From: Gemmatimonadaceae bacterium
GTDB taxonomy: Bacteria; Gemmatimonadota; Gemmatimonadetes; Gemmatimonadales; Gemmatimonadaceae
Direction of reading: 5' to 3'
DNA length: 31,693 nucleotides
Assembly: GCA_040902005.1 (NCBI GenBank)
Contig: JBBDYA010000093.1
Coordinates: forward strand, 5,897 to 37,589
Position numbers and translations under genes: made by a program. The notes beneath the pieces were generated by a model, which did not search any database, was not told the DNA's origin, and saw only the letters and a program-made list of their open reading frames with translations. Positions 6,712-14,767 of this stretch are shown one piece after another (the first letter of the stretch is position 1; the number at the start of each line of letters is the position of its first letter).

Positions 6712-8351
6712 TCGTCGGCGCCCTTGGCGGCCTTTTTGGCGCGCGGGCGGCGTGGACGTTTCGCGGCGGCTTTCGCCGCTGCATCGGCCGGTTCGGCGGC
6801 CGTCTTGCCACGCTTGGCGCGGCCCCGCTTGGCCTTGGCGGCCGGCGGGGTGCTTTCCGCCTCGGCGCCATTGCCAGCGCCGCGCGCTGCCATCCCCACG
6901 ACGCCGATGGAGAGCAGCTCCGGGGGCAGCGTGGTGGGGCGCCCGCGGCCCGCGCCTCTTCCGCGCAGGGACTGTCGGCTGGCGCCGGCGTCGGTCGGCC
7001 TGGGCGGCACGACCGGCTGCGCCTTTGCGAGCTGCTCACCCACCGAGGGGGCAGCTTCGGAACGCGCGACCTCGAAGTCGTCACCGCGGCGGCGCAGGTC
7101 GACCACGTCCGCGTCGTGCGCGTCCTTGAGAATGCGGGTGAAGTTGCGGTCGCTGAGACTGTCGCTGTCGCGCCCCAGCAGCTCGCGGGCACGCTCGCGA
7201 ACGGCGGATGCGCTCACCGAGCCGTCGCCTTCCGTCAGCGAGTCCACAGTCCGCCGCAGCAGGGCGAATGCTTCGTGCATGGTGAGCCGTTCGCCGCCGC
7301 TGCCGACGGGGATGACACGCTCGGCCGGAGCGGCGGACTCGCCTGGCGCGGTGCCCAAGGGGGGGGCAGCGGCGGACCTGGCGCCCGGCGCGGCGCGCTC
7401 GCGCCCCCCGCCAGCAGCCTTGCCGCCACGTCCACGTCCACCGCGTCTCCGGCGCGCGCCGCGTTCACCCGCCTCTTCGGCGGCACGCGCGGAATCCCTC
7501 GGTACGGCAGCAGCGGGGGCAGCACCGTCGGCGGCGGCGACCTCGAACTGGCCATTCTCGAGCCGCTTTGCCGTCAGCAGCCCCTTGGCCGCGGCCTCCT
7601 GACAGAACTTGGAGAACTTGCTGATGCCGAGGTTCTTCTCGTCGAAGGTCGGATCGATTTCCTGCATCACCTGCTTGAGGCGATCGGAGCGCATCACGTC
7701 GTCGTTCTGCTTCATGCGCGCGATGGCTTCCTTCACGAGCTCCCACGGATCGTACTTGTGGGCGGGTTCGTCGTCGGTGGACTTGATCAGCCCGGCGAGC
7801 GCGTTGTAGCTGTAGTACTCGTCGCAATTCTGCACCAGCAGGTCGCTCGAGGACTCCCGGATGCCCACGCCGATGACGTACTTGCCGTACTCCTTGAGCT
7901 TGATCACGAGACTGGAAAAGTCCGAATCACCCGAGAGCAGGATGAAGGTGCCGATTTCCGTGCGCGTGAACACGAGCTCGAGGGCATCGATGGCGAGCCG
8001 GATGTCGGTCGCATTCTTCTTCGACGAGCCATAGGCGGGCGCGAAGATGAGATCGATCGAAGCCTCAGAGAGCGGAACGATGTACTGCGGGTAGCGTCGC
8101 CAATCCGCGTACGCCCGCTGTACGGCGACCTTCCCCTTGATGATGTCCGAGCCAAGCAGGTTCCGAAGCTCTTTGCCGAGGTCGGAACGTATTCCCATCG
8201 TGACGTTGTCGAAGTCGATGAGAAGCGCGGCGTTCGGTGCGTGCTGGAGCGGCGTTGCTGTCGCGTGCGGTGCGGAGTGGGCTCCTGGACCCCGGTGCAC
8301 GAGGGCGCTCTGCGAGCGCGTTGGCTCGCGGCGCTGGTGACGATGATTCAT
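6708..8351 (-). CDS. NYN (LabA/DUF88, PIN-like) domain protein with LOTUS/OST-HTH domain(s) and basic disordered regions
   Basis: NYN motifs IDFDN, KNATDIRLAID, LSGDSDF and LVQNCDEY. An OST-HTH-like segment follows (LKQVMQEIDPTFDEKNLGISKFSKF). Confidence 0.88.
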   Translation of the reverse strand: MNHRHQRREPTRSQSALVHRGPGAHSAPHATATPLQHAPNAALLIDFDNVTMGIRSDLGKELRNLLGSDIIKGKVAVQRAYADWRRYPQYIVPLSEASIDLIFAPAYGSSKKNATDIRLAIDALELVFTRTEIGTFILLSGDSDFSSLVIKLKEYGKYVIGVGIRESSSDLLVQNCDEYYSYNALAGLIKSTDDEPAHKYDPWELVKEAIARMKQNDDVMRSDRLKQVMQEIDPTFDEKNLGISKFSKFCQEAAAKGLLTAKRLENGQFEVAAADGAAPAAAVPRDSARAAEEAGERGARRRRGGRGRGGKAAGGGRERAAPGARSAAAPPLGTAPGESAAPAERVIPVGSGGERLTMHEAFALLRRTVDSLTEGDGSVSASAVRERARELLGRDSDSLSDRNFTRILKDAHDADVVDLRRRGDDFEVARSEAAPSVGEQLAKAQPVVPPRPTDAGASRQSLRGRGAGRGRPTTLPPELLSIGVVGMAARGAGNGAEAESTPPAAKAKRGRAKRGKTAAEPADAAAKAAAKRPRRPRAKKAAKGADE

Positions 8352-8453
8352 GCAGTCTCAAATGTAGCGGTGATGCCCACCGGGCGTAAGTCTAGACAGA
8401 AAGGCAGCTTGGACCGGTCCCCGATGGGCCCCGGACGCTTCGCGGGGGGGGGC

Positions 8454-8876
8454 TCAGACGCCCATGGCTTTGAGGACCACCCGCTTCTGCCTCATGCCGT
8501 CCCACTCCCCGTAAAAGACCCGCTGCCACGGTCCGAAATCGAGCTTCCCTGCCGTCACGGGGACGATGACCTCGTGGCCGACCGTGAGCGAGCGCAGGTG
8601 CGCGGCCGCGTTGTCTTCGCCGGTCCCGCTGTTGTGGCGGTATCGCTCCGGCGCCCATGGCGCGACGTCCCGTTCCAGCCAGTCGAGGATATCCTGCCAG
8701 AGGCCGGACTCGTGGTCATTCACGAAGACCGACGCGGAGATGTGCATCGCCGACACGAGGACCATCCCTTCCGTGATGCCGGCGGCCGCGCGGCACTCCT
8801 CCACCTCGTCGGTGATGTCGATGATCTCCTGACGGCGTCTGGTGTTGAAGGTGAGATATGAGGTGTGTGTCCGCAT
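8454..8876 (-). CDS. yjbQ: YjbQ/UPF0047 family protein (secondary thiamine-phosphate synthase family)
   Basis: Motifs HISASVFVND, YRHN, EDNAAAHLRS and LDFGPWQRVFYGEWDG. Confidence 0.9.
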   Translation of the reverse strand: MRTHTSYLTFNTRRRQEIIDITDEVEECRAAAGITEGMVLVSAMHISASVFVNDHESGLWQDILDWLERDVAPWAPERYRHNSGTGEDNAAAHLRSLTVGHEVIVPVTAGKLDFGPWQRVFYGEWDGMRQKRVVLKAMGV

Positions 8877-8943
8877 GGGCTGGAGTGAGGATGTGCTTGT
8901 ATGTTAGGGGCATTCCTCCCCCCGTGAATATCATGGAGCAGTT

Positions 8944-10191
8944 GTGAAGCGGATCGGCTTCCGCGGCCGGTTGTTCCTGATCCTCCTCATGTTCGCCGCG
9001 ATCCCCTCCATCGTGCTGACGCTTGCATGGGGGGGGACGGGGCGGCTGCTCCTTCCCCTGGTGGGATCCACCGCAGCCTGGGACACCACCGCTGCGACGG
9101 GGGCACGCGCGCTTTCGGTGGCGCGTGAGCGCGGGCCGCTGTCCGAGGACGAGCGGGCGGCGCTCGAGGCGCACGAGGGAACGCTGCGCGAGAACCAGCT
9201 GCGCTCCAAACAGGCCGGCTACGTCTTCGAGCGGGCCGCCGCCGCGGCGACGCTGTTCGCGCTGGTTGCCTTCGCGTTGCTGTTGGTCATCGGTTCCCGC
9301 GTGGCGGGACACCTGAGCCGCAGCCTGAGCCGGCCGCTCCAGGAGCTGGTGGGCTGGACCGAGCGCATCTCGCAGGGACAGCCGATTCCCGAATCGACTG
9401 AGGCGCGCGGAGCACCGGAATTCGGCGTGTTGCGCGCACGCATGCGGCAGATGGCGGGCGACCTGGAGCAAGGCCGGCGCGCCGCGCTGGAGGCGGAGCG
9501 GCTGTCGGCACTGCGCGAAACGGCGCGGCAGGTCGCACACGAGCTGAAGAATCCGCTGACGCCGATCCGGTTTGCGGTAGACCGGCTGCGCCGCGACGCG
9601 CCGGCGCATCTGCAGGAAAGCATCGAGGTACTCGCGATCGAGTCCCGTCGCCTGGAGGAGCTGGCGCGCAGCTTCGCGCAGTTCGGCCGGCTGCCGGAGG
9701 GCCCCAGCGCCCCCGTTGACCTGGGCGAACTCGCGCGATACACGGCGCGGTCGTCCGTGCCGCCGGAGGTCCCGTTGGAAATCGCCGTCGGTGAGAACGT
9801 GCCGCTGATCGACGGCCATCACGACGCCCTGTCTCGAGCGCTGTCGAACGTGATGCTGAACGCGGTGGAGGCGTGCCGCGACGGCGGATCCATCGCCGTG
9901 GACGTGAGCCGCGTGGCGCGGCCCGAGGGGGCTGGCGGGGGCGACGTGGTGGAGCTGACGGTGCGCGACACCGGCTGTGGAATCAGCGACAGTCATCTCG
10001 CGCGCATCTGGGAGCCGTATGTGACGCACAAGCCCGGCGGCACGGGACTCGGGCTCGCGATCGCGCGCCAGACGATCCAGGCCCACCACGGCGCCGTGAG
10101 TGCCGAAAGCCAGTCCGGACGCGGGACGACCATCCGGTTCATCTTTCCGGTGTCCGCGGCGGCACCACACACGAACCCGAGCACGTCCTGA
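8944..10191 (+). CDS. Sensor histidine kinase (two TM helices, HAMP, HisKA, HATPase; NtrY-like)
   Basis: H-box AHELKNPLTPI, N-box NAVEA, G1 DTGCG and G2 GTGLGL. TGATG overlap with the response regulator. Confidence 0.92.
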   Translation: MKRIGFRGRLFLILLMFAAIPSIVLTLAWGGTGRLLLPLVGSTAAWDTTAATGARALSVARERGPLSEDERAALEAHEGTLRENQLRSKQAGYVFERAAAAATLFALVAFALLLVIGSRVAGHLSRSLSRPLQELVGWTERISQGQPIPESTEARGAPEFGVLRARMRQMAGDLEQGRRAALEAERLSALRETARQVAHELKNPLTPIRFAVDRLRRDAPAHLQESIEVLAIESRRLEELARSFAQFGRLPEGPSAPVDLGELARYTARSSVPPEVPLEIAVGENVPLIDGHHDALSRALSNVMLNAVEACRDGGSIAVDVSRVARPEGAGGGDVVELTVRDTGCGISDSHLARIWEPYVTHKPGGTGLGLAIARQTIQAHHGAVSAESQSGRGTTIRFIFPVSAAAPHTNPSTS

Positions 10192-11564
10192 TGCCGAGCG
10201 TCCTGATCATCGACGACGAGCCGAACATCCGGCGGATGGTAGGCGCGCTGCTGGGCGCCGAGGGGTACGACGTGCGCGACGCGTCGGACGGGGCCTCCGG
10301 GGCGCGTCGGGCCGGCGAGAGCGAACCGGACGTGGTACTGCTCGATCTCATGATGCCCGGCGAGCTGGATGGCATGGCGACGCTCGCGCGCCTGCGCGCG
10401 GAGATTCCGGACTCCCCGGTGGTGATGATGAGCGGACGCGCGGAACTGAGCGATGCCGTCCGCGCCACGAAGCTCGGCGCGTTCACGTTTCTGGAGAAGC
10501 CGCTGACGCCGGAAGGCGTCGTCCTGGCGCTGGCATCCGCGATGGAGCTGCGTCGCGCACGGCTGGAGGCACGCGCGCTCCGCGCGGACCTCGGGTTGGC
10601 GGCGGAGATGGTGGGCGAGAGCGCCGGAATGCAGCGCGTACGCGACCTGATCGGCCGGGTGGGGCCCACCGATTCGCGCGTGCTGATCACGGGCGAGTCC
10701 GGCGTTGGCAAGGAACTGGTCGCGGCGGCGATTCACGCGGCGAGCGCGCGACGCGACCGCGCGTTCGTGCGCGTGAACTGCGCCGCCATTCCCCGTGACC
10801 TGGTGGAGAGCGAGATGTTCGGCCACGAGAAGGGCTCGTTCACCGGCGCCACCGAACGCCGGATCGGGCGTTTCGAGCTGGCGCACACCGGCACCCTGCT
10901 GATGGACGAAGTCGGTGACCTGGGCGCCGAAGCGCAGGCCAAGCTGCTGCGGGCGATCGAGGCGCGGGAGATCGAGCGGGTGGGCGGGTCGCACCCCATC
11001 CGCGTGGACGTGCGGATCATCGCCGCGACCAACAAGGATCTCGCGCGGGCGGTGGCCGACGGCCGCTTCCGTGATGACCTGCTCTTCCGGCTCAATGTCA
11101 TCCCGCTGCCGGTGCCGCCGCTGCGCGAACGCCCGTCGGACATTCCGCTGCTGGTGCGTCACTTCTCGGCGCTGTACCACGTGCGCACCGGACAGGCACC
11201 GCCGCGCTGGACCACGGAGGCGGTGAGCATGCTCACGCGCCACCGGTGGCCGGGGAACGTCCGCGAGCTGGCGAACATCATCGAACGGCTCTCGATCCTG
11301 CACGCGGGGAGCGAGGTGGACGAGAGCGCGGTACGCGGGGTGCTGCCGGTAGACCGGTCGCCCGTGACGACGCCGCTTCCAGATCCGGCGGCCCTGGACC
11401 ACTCGCTGTCGGATACGCTCGACGAGTACGAGCGCATGCTGATCTCCCGGGCGCTGTCCATGGCCGCGGGGAACGTGGCCGAGGCGGCGCGCAAGCTGAA
11501 GACCGATCGGCCGAATCTTTATCGGCGCATGCGCCGTCTGGGGTTAGGCAACTCGGAGGAATGA
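10191..11564 (+). CDS. Sigma54-dependent response regulator (REC, AAA+, Fis HTH; NtrC/NtrX-like)
   Basis: Start revised to ATG at 10191 ([10 protein letters not shown]). Motifs [34 protein letters not shown] and a C-terminal HTH. Confidence 0.93.
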   Translation: MPSVLIIDDEPNIRRMVGALLGAEGYDVRDASDGASGARRAGESEPDVVLLDLMMPGELDGMATLARLRAEIPDSPVVMMSGRAELSDAVRATKLGAFTFLEKPLTPEGVVLALASAMELRRARLEARALRADLGLAAEMVGESAGMQRVRDLIGRVGPTDSRVLITGESGVGKELVAAAIHAASARRDRAFVRVNCAAIPRDLVESEMFGHEKGSFTGATERRIGRFELAHTGTLLMDEVGDLGAEAQAKLLRAIEAREIERVGGSHPIRVDVRIIAATNKDLARAVADGRFRDDLLFRLNVIPLPVPPLRERPSDIPLLVRHFSALYHVRTGQAPPRWTTEAVSMLTRHRWPGNVRELANIIERLSILHAGSEVDESAVRGVLPVDRSPVTTPLPDPAALDHSLSDTLDEYERMLISRALSMAAGNVAEAARKLKTDRPNLYRRMRRLGLGNSEE

Positions 11565-11675
11565 AGTCGGAGGGACACAGGCGCTGCCATCTCCAGAGGA
11601 CATGGCGCGGCGGCCGTTCGGCGGCAAGATTGGCTAAGTCGCGCAGTCGTGGCCGTTTCCGCCATGTGGGAACAC

Positions 11676-11691
11676 GGGTACGAGCAGTGCT
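11676..11691 (+). promoter_or_regulatory. Candidate sigma54 -24/-12 promoter
   Basis: GGGTACGAGCAGTGCT versus consensus TGGCACGNNNNTTGCW. Exact GG-N10-GC spacing (GG 11677-11678, GC 11689-11690), 35 bp before the next ATG. Confidence 0.55.
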
Positions 11692-11726
11692 TTCCCGAGC
11701 GGCGGACCTGAATCTCCGGAGACCGT

Positions 11727-13433
11727 ATGCGCAGTGTCACCCTCGCGTTCCTTGCCCTCTCGTGCGCCCTGGCCCAAGCGGCCGGACAGCGGCGCGACGC
11801 CATGCTCGACCGCGCCGGCTTGCCGCGCGACGTGGCGCGCGAGGCGACCCGGCTGTACAACGAGGACGCCGCGTTGCGCGCGAACGAACGGCTGGAGATC
11901 GGCGAGGGGCGCGAAGTCCATGGCGACGTGGCGGTGCTGAACGGACCCCTCCTCATCAGCGGACGCGTGCGCGGGCGGGTGCTTGCCATCAACAGCGACG
12001 TGGTGCTACGCCCGTCGGCGCGGATCGACGGGGATCTCCTGGTGGTGGGCGGCGAAGTGGAGGGCCGGCACGCGGCCTACATTGGCGGCGAGATACGCAT
12101 CTACCGGCAGTCCCTGCGGTACACGCGCTCGGGCGAGGGGATCGAACCGGAACGCATGGCACGCGCGGAGGAGACCGGCTGGTGGCAACGGTGGGAGCGC
12201 ACGCAGCGCCGCAGCGGCAGCAAGCTCCAGATCGCGAGCGCCGGAGCCTACAACCGCGTCGAGGGGCTGCCGATCAACCTGGGTCCGCAGCTCTTTCAGT
12301 ACGCCCCCTGGGGCAGCGCGCGCCTGGACGCCTATGCGGTGCTGCGCACGGAAACCAGTTTCGGTGGCGACGGCGAGGACATCGGGCACAACGTGAACGC
12401 CGAGCTGCGGCTGGGTCGGCGCGGCGGGCTGCTGTTGGGCGGGCGCGCGTTCAACGTCCTTGAGGCCACGGAGCGCTGGCAGCTCACGGACCTGGAAGCG
12501 GGGCTGTCGGCGTTCCTGATGCGCCGGGATTACCGCGACTACTACCAGCGGCATGGGGGCGACGTGCGCGCCGGGCTGTTCCTGCGCCGCGGCGTGGACG
12601 TGTACGCCTCGTATGGCAGCGAACGCTGGCTGTCGCGTCCGTCGGAGAGTCCATGGACGCTCACGCGTCGCAGCGCGAACTGGCGACCGAATCCGGAGTA
12701 CGACGACGCGCAGATGCACCTGTTGCACAGCACGCTCCGCGTGGACACGCGAAACGATCGCGAGAATCCGTGGTCCGGCTGGTATATCGTGGCGGACCTG
12801 GAGCACGGATTCGGCGATGTCGTCGCGTATGCGCCGCGCGCCCAGCCGATCGGCCTCGTGTCGCCACCCACGATTCAGTACGCGCGCGCCTTCATGGACC
12901 TGCGGCGCTACAACCGCGTGTCGCCGAATGCCCAGCTGAATTTCCGGATCGTCACCGGCGGCTGGATGAACGGCGATCCACTCCCCCTCCAGCGCCGGTT
13001 TTCCGTGGACGGGCCAGGCGCGATGCCCGGATACGATTTTCGATCCACCCAGTCCGCGAACGCGCTCACCTGCACCTCGGGCGGATTCGTGCCCGGCATG
13101 CCCGGCCAGTGCGACCGGATGGCACTGGCCCAGGTGGAGTACCGTGGCGACCTGCATTTCGATCTCTTCACGGACTGGGACGACGACCACTACATGCGGA
13201 GCCACTCCACCGGCGTCTGGGTATTTTTCGCCGATGCCGGGCGGGGATGGCTGGTCGGGTCGTCGGGGGATTCCTTGACGTACGCGCGCAACGAGCTGCC
13301 ACCGCTCTCGAGTTTTCGCACCGATGTGGGCGTGGGACTCGACTTCGACGTGATCGGTGTGTACGTCGCCAAGGCGATGAGCGCGCCGACTGAACCCGCG
13401 AACTTCTTCGTGCGGATCCGCCATCGCTTCTGA
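11727..13433 (+). CDS. Omp85/BamA-TamA-like outer-membrane protein with an N-terminal beta-helix (bactofilin-like) region
   Basis: Signal peptide, then repeats such as VHGDVAV, VRGRVLA and IDGDLLV. The barrel has YNRVEG, VDTRND, FSVDGPGAMPGY (VRGY-like loop), FFADAG and a terminal Phe. Confidence 0.7.
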   Translation: MRSVTLAFLALSCALAQAAGQRRDAMLDRAGLPRDVAREATRLYNEDAALRANERLEIGEGREVHGDVAVLNGPLLISGRVRGRVLAINSDVVLRPSARIDGDLLVVGGEVEGRHAAYIGGEIRIYRQSLRYTRSGEGIEPERMARAEETGWWQRWERTQRRSGSKLQIASAGAYNRVEGLPINLGPQLFQYAPWGSARLDAYAVLRTETSFGGDGEDIGHNVNAELRLGRRGGLLLGGRAFNVLEATERWQLTDLEAGLSAFLMRRDYRDYYQRHGGDVRAGLFLRRGVDVYASYGSERWLSRPSESPWTLTRRSANWRPNPEYDDAQMHLLHSTLRVDTRNDRENPWSGWYIVADLEHGFGDVVAYAPRAQPIGLVSPPTIQYARAFMDLRRYNRVSPNAQLNFRIVTGGWMNGDPLPLQRRFSVDGPGAMPGYDFRSTQSANALTCTSGGFVPGMPGQCDRMALAQVEYRGDLHFDLFTDWDDDHYMRSHSTGVWVFFADAGRGWLVGSSGDSLTYARNELPPLSSFRTDVGVGLDFDVIGVYVAKAMSAPTEPANFFVRIRHRF

Positions 13434-13438
13434 TTGAC

Positions 13439-14086
13439 GTGCGAACACGATTCGCGCTCGCCCTCCTGTTCCTCGGCGTCGCCGGTCCGGCGGACGCGCA
13501 GCGGGGAGGTCCGCAGATCGAAGTGTCCGTGCTCGCGGGCAACTCCCCGTCGGCTGGCGCGAGCGTGCGTGCCGCGCGCATGCTGCAGGACTCGAAGACC
13601 AGGGAACTGCTGCTGAGCGGATTTCCGGCACGGCTCCGCTTTCGCCTGGAGCTGTGGCGCGTGGGCGGTGTGTTCGACGAGATCGAATCATCGGCCGCCT
13701 GGGAGGTGCTCGTGCGCTATGAGCCCTACACGCAGCAGTATGCCGTTTTCCGGCGCAGCCAGGGGGCCTCCGAGGACCTCAGCGGCTTCACCACGCTGGA
13801 GGCGGCGGAGGCCGAGCTGGCGCGGGCGTACCCGGTGGCGCTGCGTCCGCGGCGCGCGAACCAGCGGTACTACTACAACGCGGTCGTGGACGTCGAGACC
13901 CTGTCTGTCAGCGACCTGAACGAACTCGAACGCTGGCTGCGTGGCGATCTCCAACCGGCCGTGCAGGGGAGGCGCGACCCGTTCACCGCGCTGCGACGGG
14001 GGATCGGTACGCTGCTGTCACGGGTGCTCGGCGGCGACAAACGCCACTACGAAGCGAGGTCGGGGACGTTCGACAATCGTGACTAG
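13439..14086 (+). CDS. Secreted protein, DUF4390-like
   Basis: GTG start and signal peptide. The LLSGFPARLRFRLELWR...VRYEPYTQQY pattern resembles DUF4390. Confidence 0.55.
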   Translation: MRTRFALALLFLGVAGPADAQRGGPQIEVSVLAGNSPSAGASVRAARMLQDSKTRELLLSGFPARLRFRLELWRVGGVFDEIESSAAWEVLVRYEPYTQQYAVFRRSQGASEDLSGFTTLEAAEAELARAYPVALRPRRANQRYYYNAVVDVETLSVSDLNELERWLRGDLQPAVQGRRDPFTALRRGIGTLLSRVLGGDKRHYEARSGTFDNRD

Positions 14087-14658
14087 CGTCCCGCACCAGT
14101 GCCGAGGGCCTCGAGCTGGTGCAGCACCTGATCACCATAGAACGTCTTGATGTAGCGGGCCTGGACCGGCGTGAGCCGCCGGACGGCCCAGCTGAGATGC
14201 ACGAAGTGCGGCTCCACCGGGTGCGAGAGCGGATGCATCCCGATTTCATCCGGCAGCCGGCTGCCCTTGCGCGTGTTGCACGGGCTGCATGCCGTAATGA
14301 CGTTGGTCCAGTCATTGGCTCCGCCGCGCGAGATCGGGATCAGGTGGTCGCGCGTGAGCGCCTCGCGCGGCTTGAGCTCCGTCATGTGGCGTCCGCAGTA
14401 CTGGCATCGGTAATGGTCGCGCGCGAACAGGAACGTGTTCGTCACGTGCCGGCGAAAGCGCCGCGGAACGTGCACGAACCGCATCAGCCGGATGACCGCC
14501 GGACGCGGGATCGTGAGCCGCTCGGATCGCACCGACCGGTCATGGTCCGCCTCCACGATCTCGGCCTTTCCATCAATCACCAACCGGAGCGCGCGCTTCA
14601 GCGGAACCATGGTCAATGGCTCGAAGGAAGCGTTGAGCGCGAGGCAACCGAGTATCAC
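14083..14658 (-). CDS. HNH endonuclease (McrA-like, Zn-finger type)
   Basis: Motifs LNASFEPL, RDHYRCQYCG, TRDHLIPISRGG and NVITACSPCNTRKG. Confidence 0.9.
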   Translation of the reverse strand: MILGCLALNASFEPLTMVPLKRALRLVIDGKAEIVEADHDRSVRSERLTIPRPAVIRLMRFVHVPRRFRRHVTNTFLFARDHYRCQYCGRHMTELKPREALTRDHLIPISRGGANDWTNVITACSPCNTRKGSRLPDEIGMHPLSHPVEPHFVHLSWAVRRLTPVQARYIKTFYGDQVLHQLEALGTGAGR

Positions 14659-14664
14659 CCTCGG

Positions 14665-14693
14665 AAGCTACGCTTGTTTTCCAGGCTCGACAA
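14665..14693 (-). promoter_or_regulatory. Candidate sigma70 promoter giving a leaderless HNH transcript
   Basis: Minus strand reads TTGTCG-N17-TAGCTT-N6-GTG. Confidence 0.5.
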
Positions 14694-14767
14694 GAGAGGC
14701 ACGGTCGTGCCCGAATGCTCCAACCGATTCTGGCACAACGGTTAAACAGCCGTGCCGATCCGGAAGT

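Noticed and set aside
5998..8861. Long antisense or alternate-frame ORFs (5998-7602, 6621-8861, and similar ones such as 84-1313, 15227-17251 and 26995-28533)
   Set aside because: They overlap well-supported genes, are Arg/Ala/Gly/Pro-rich and carry no motifs, as expected of shadow ORFs in high-GC DNA.
14083..14658. HNH gene as a homing endonuclease, mobile element or restriction system
   Set aside because: It has no intron or IS ends, no methylase partner and no compositional shift. It resembles the widespread chromosomal HNH family.
14731..14746. Second sigma54 promoter (TGGCACAACGGTTAAA)
   Set aside because: The -12 GC is replaced by AA, and it points antisense into the PBP1A gene.
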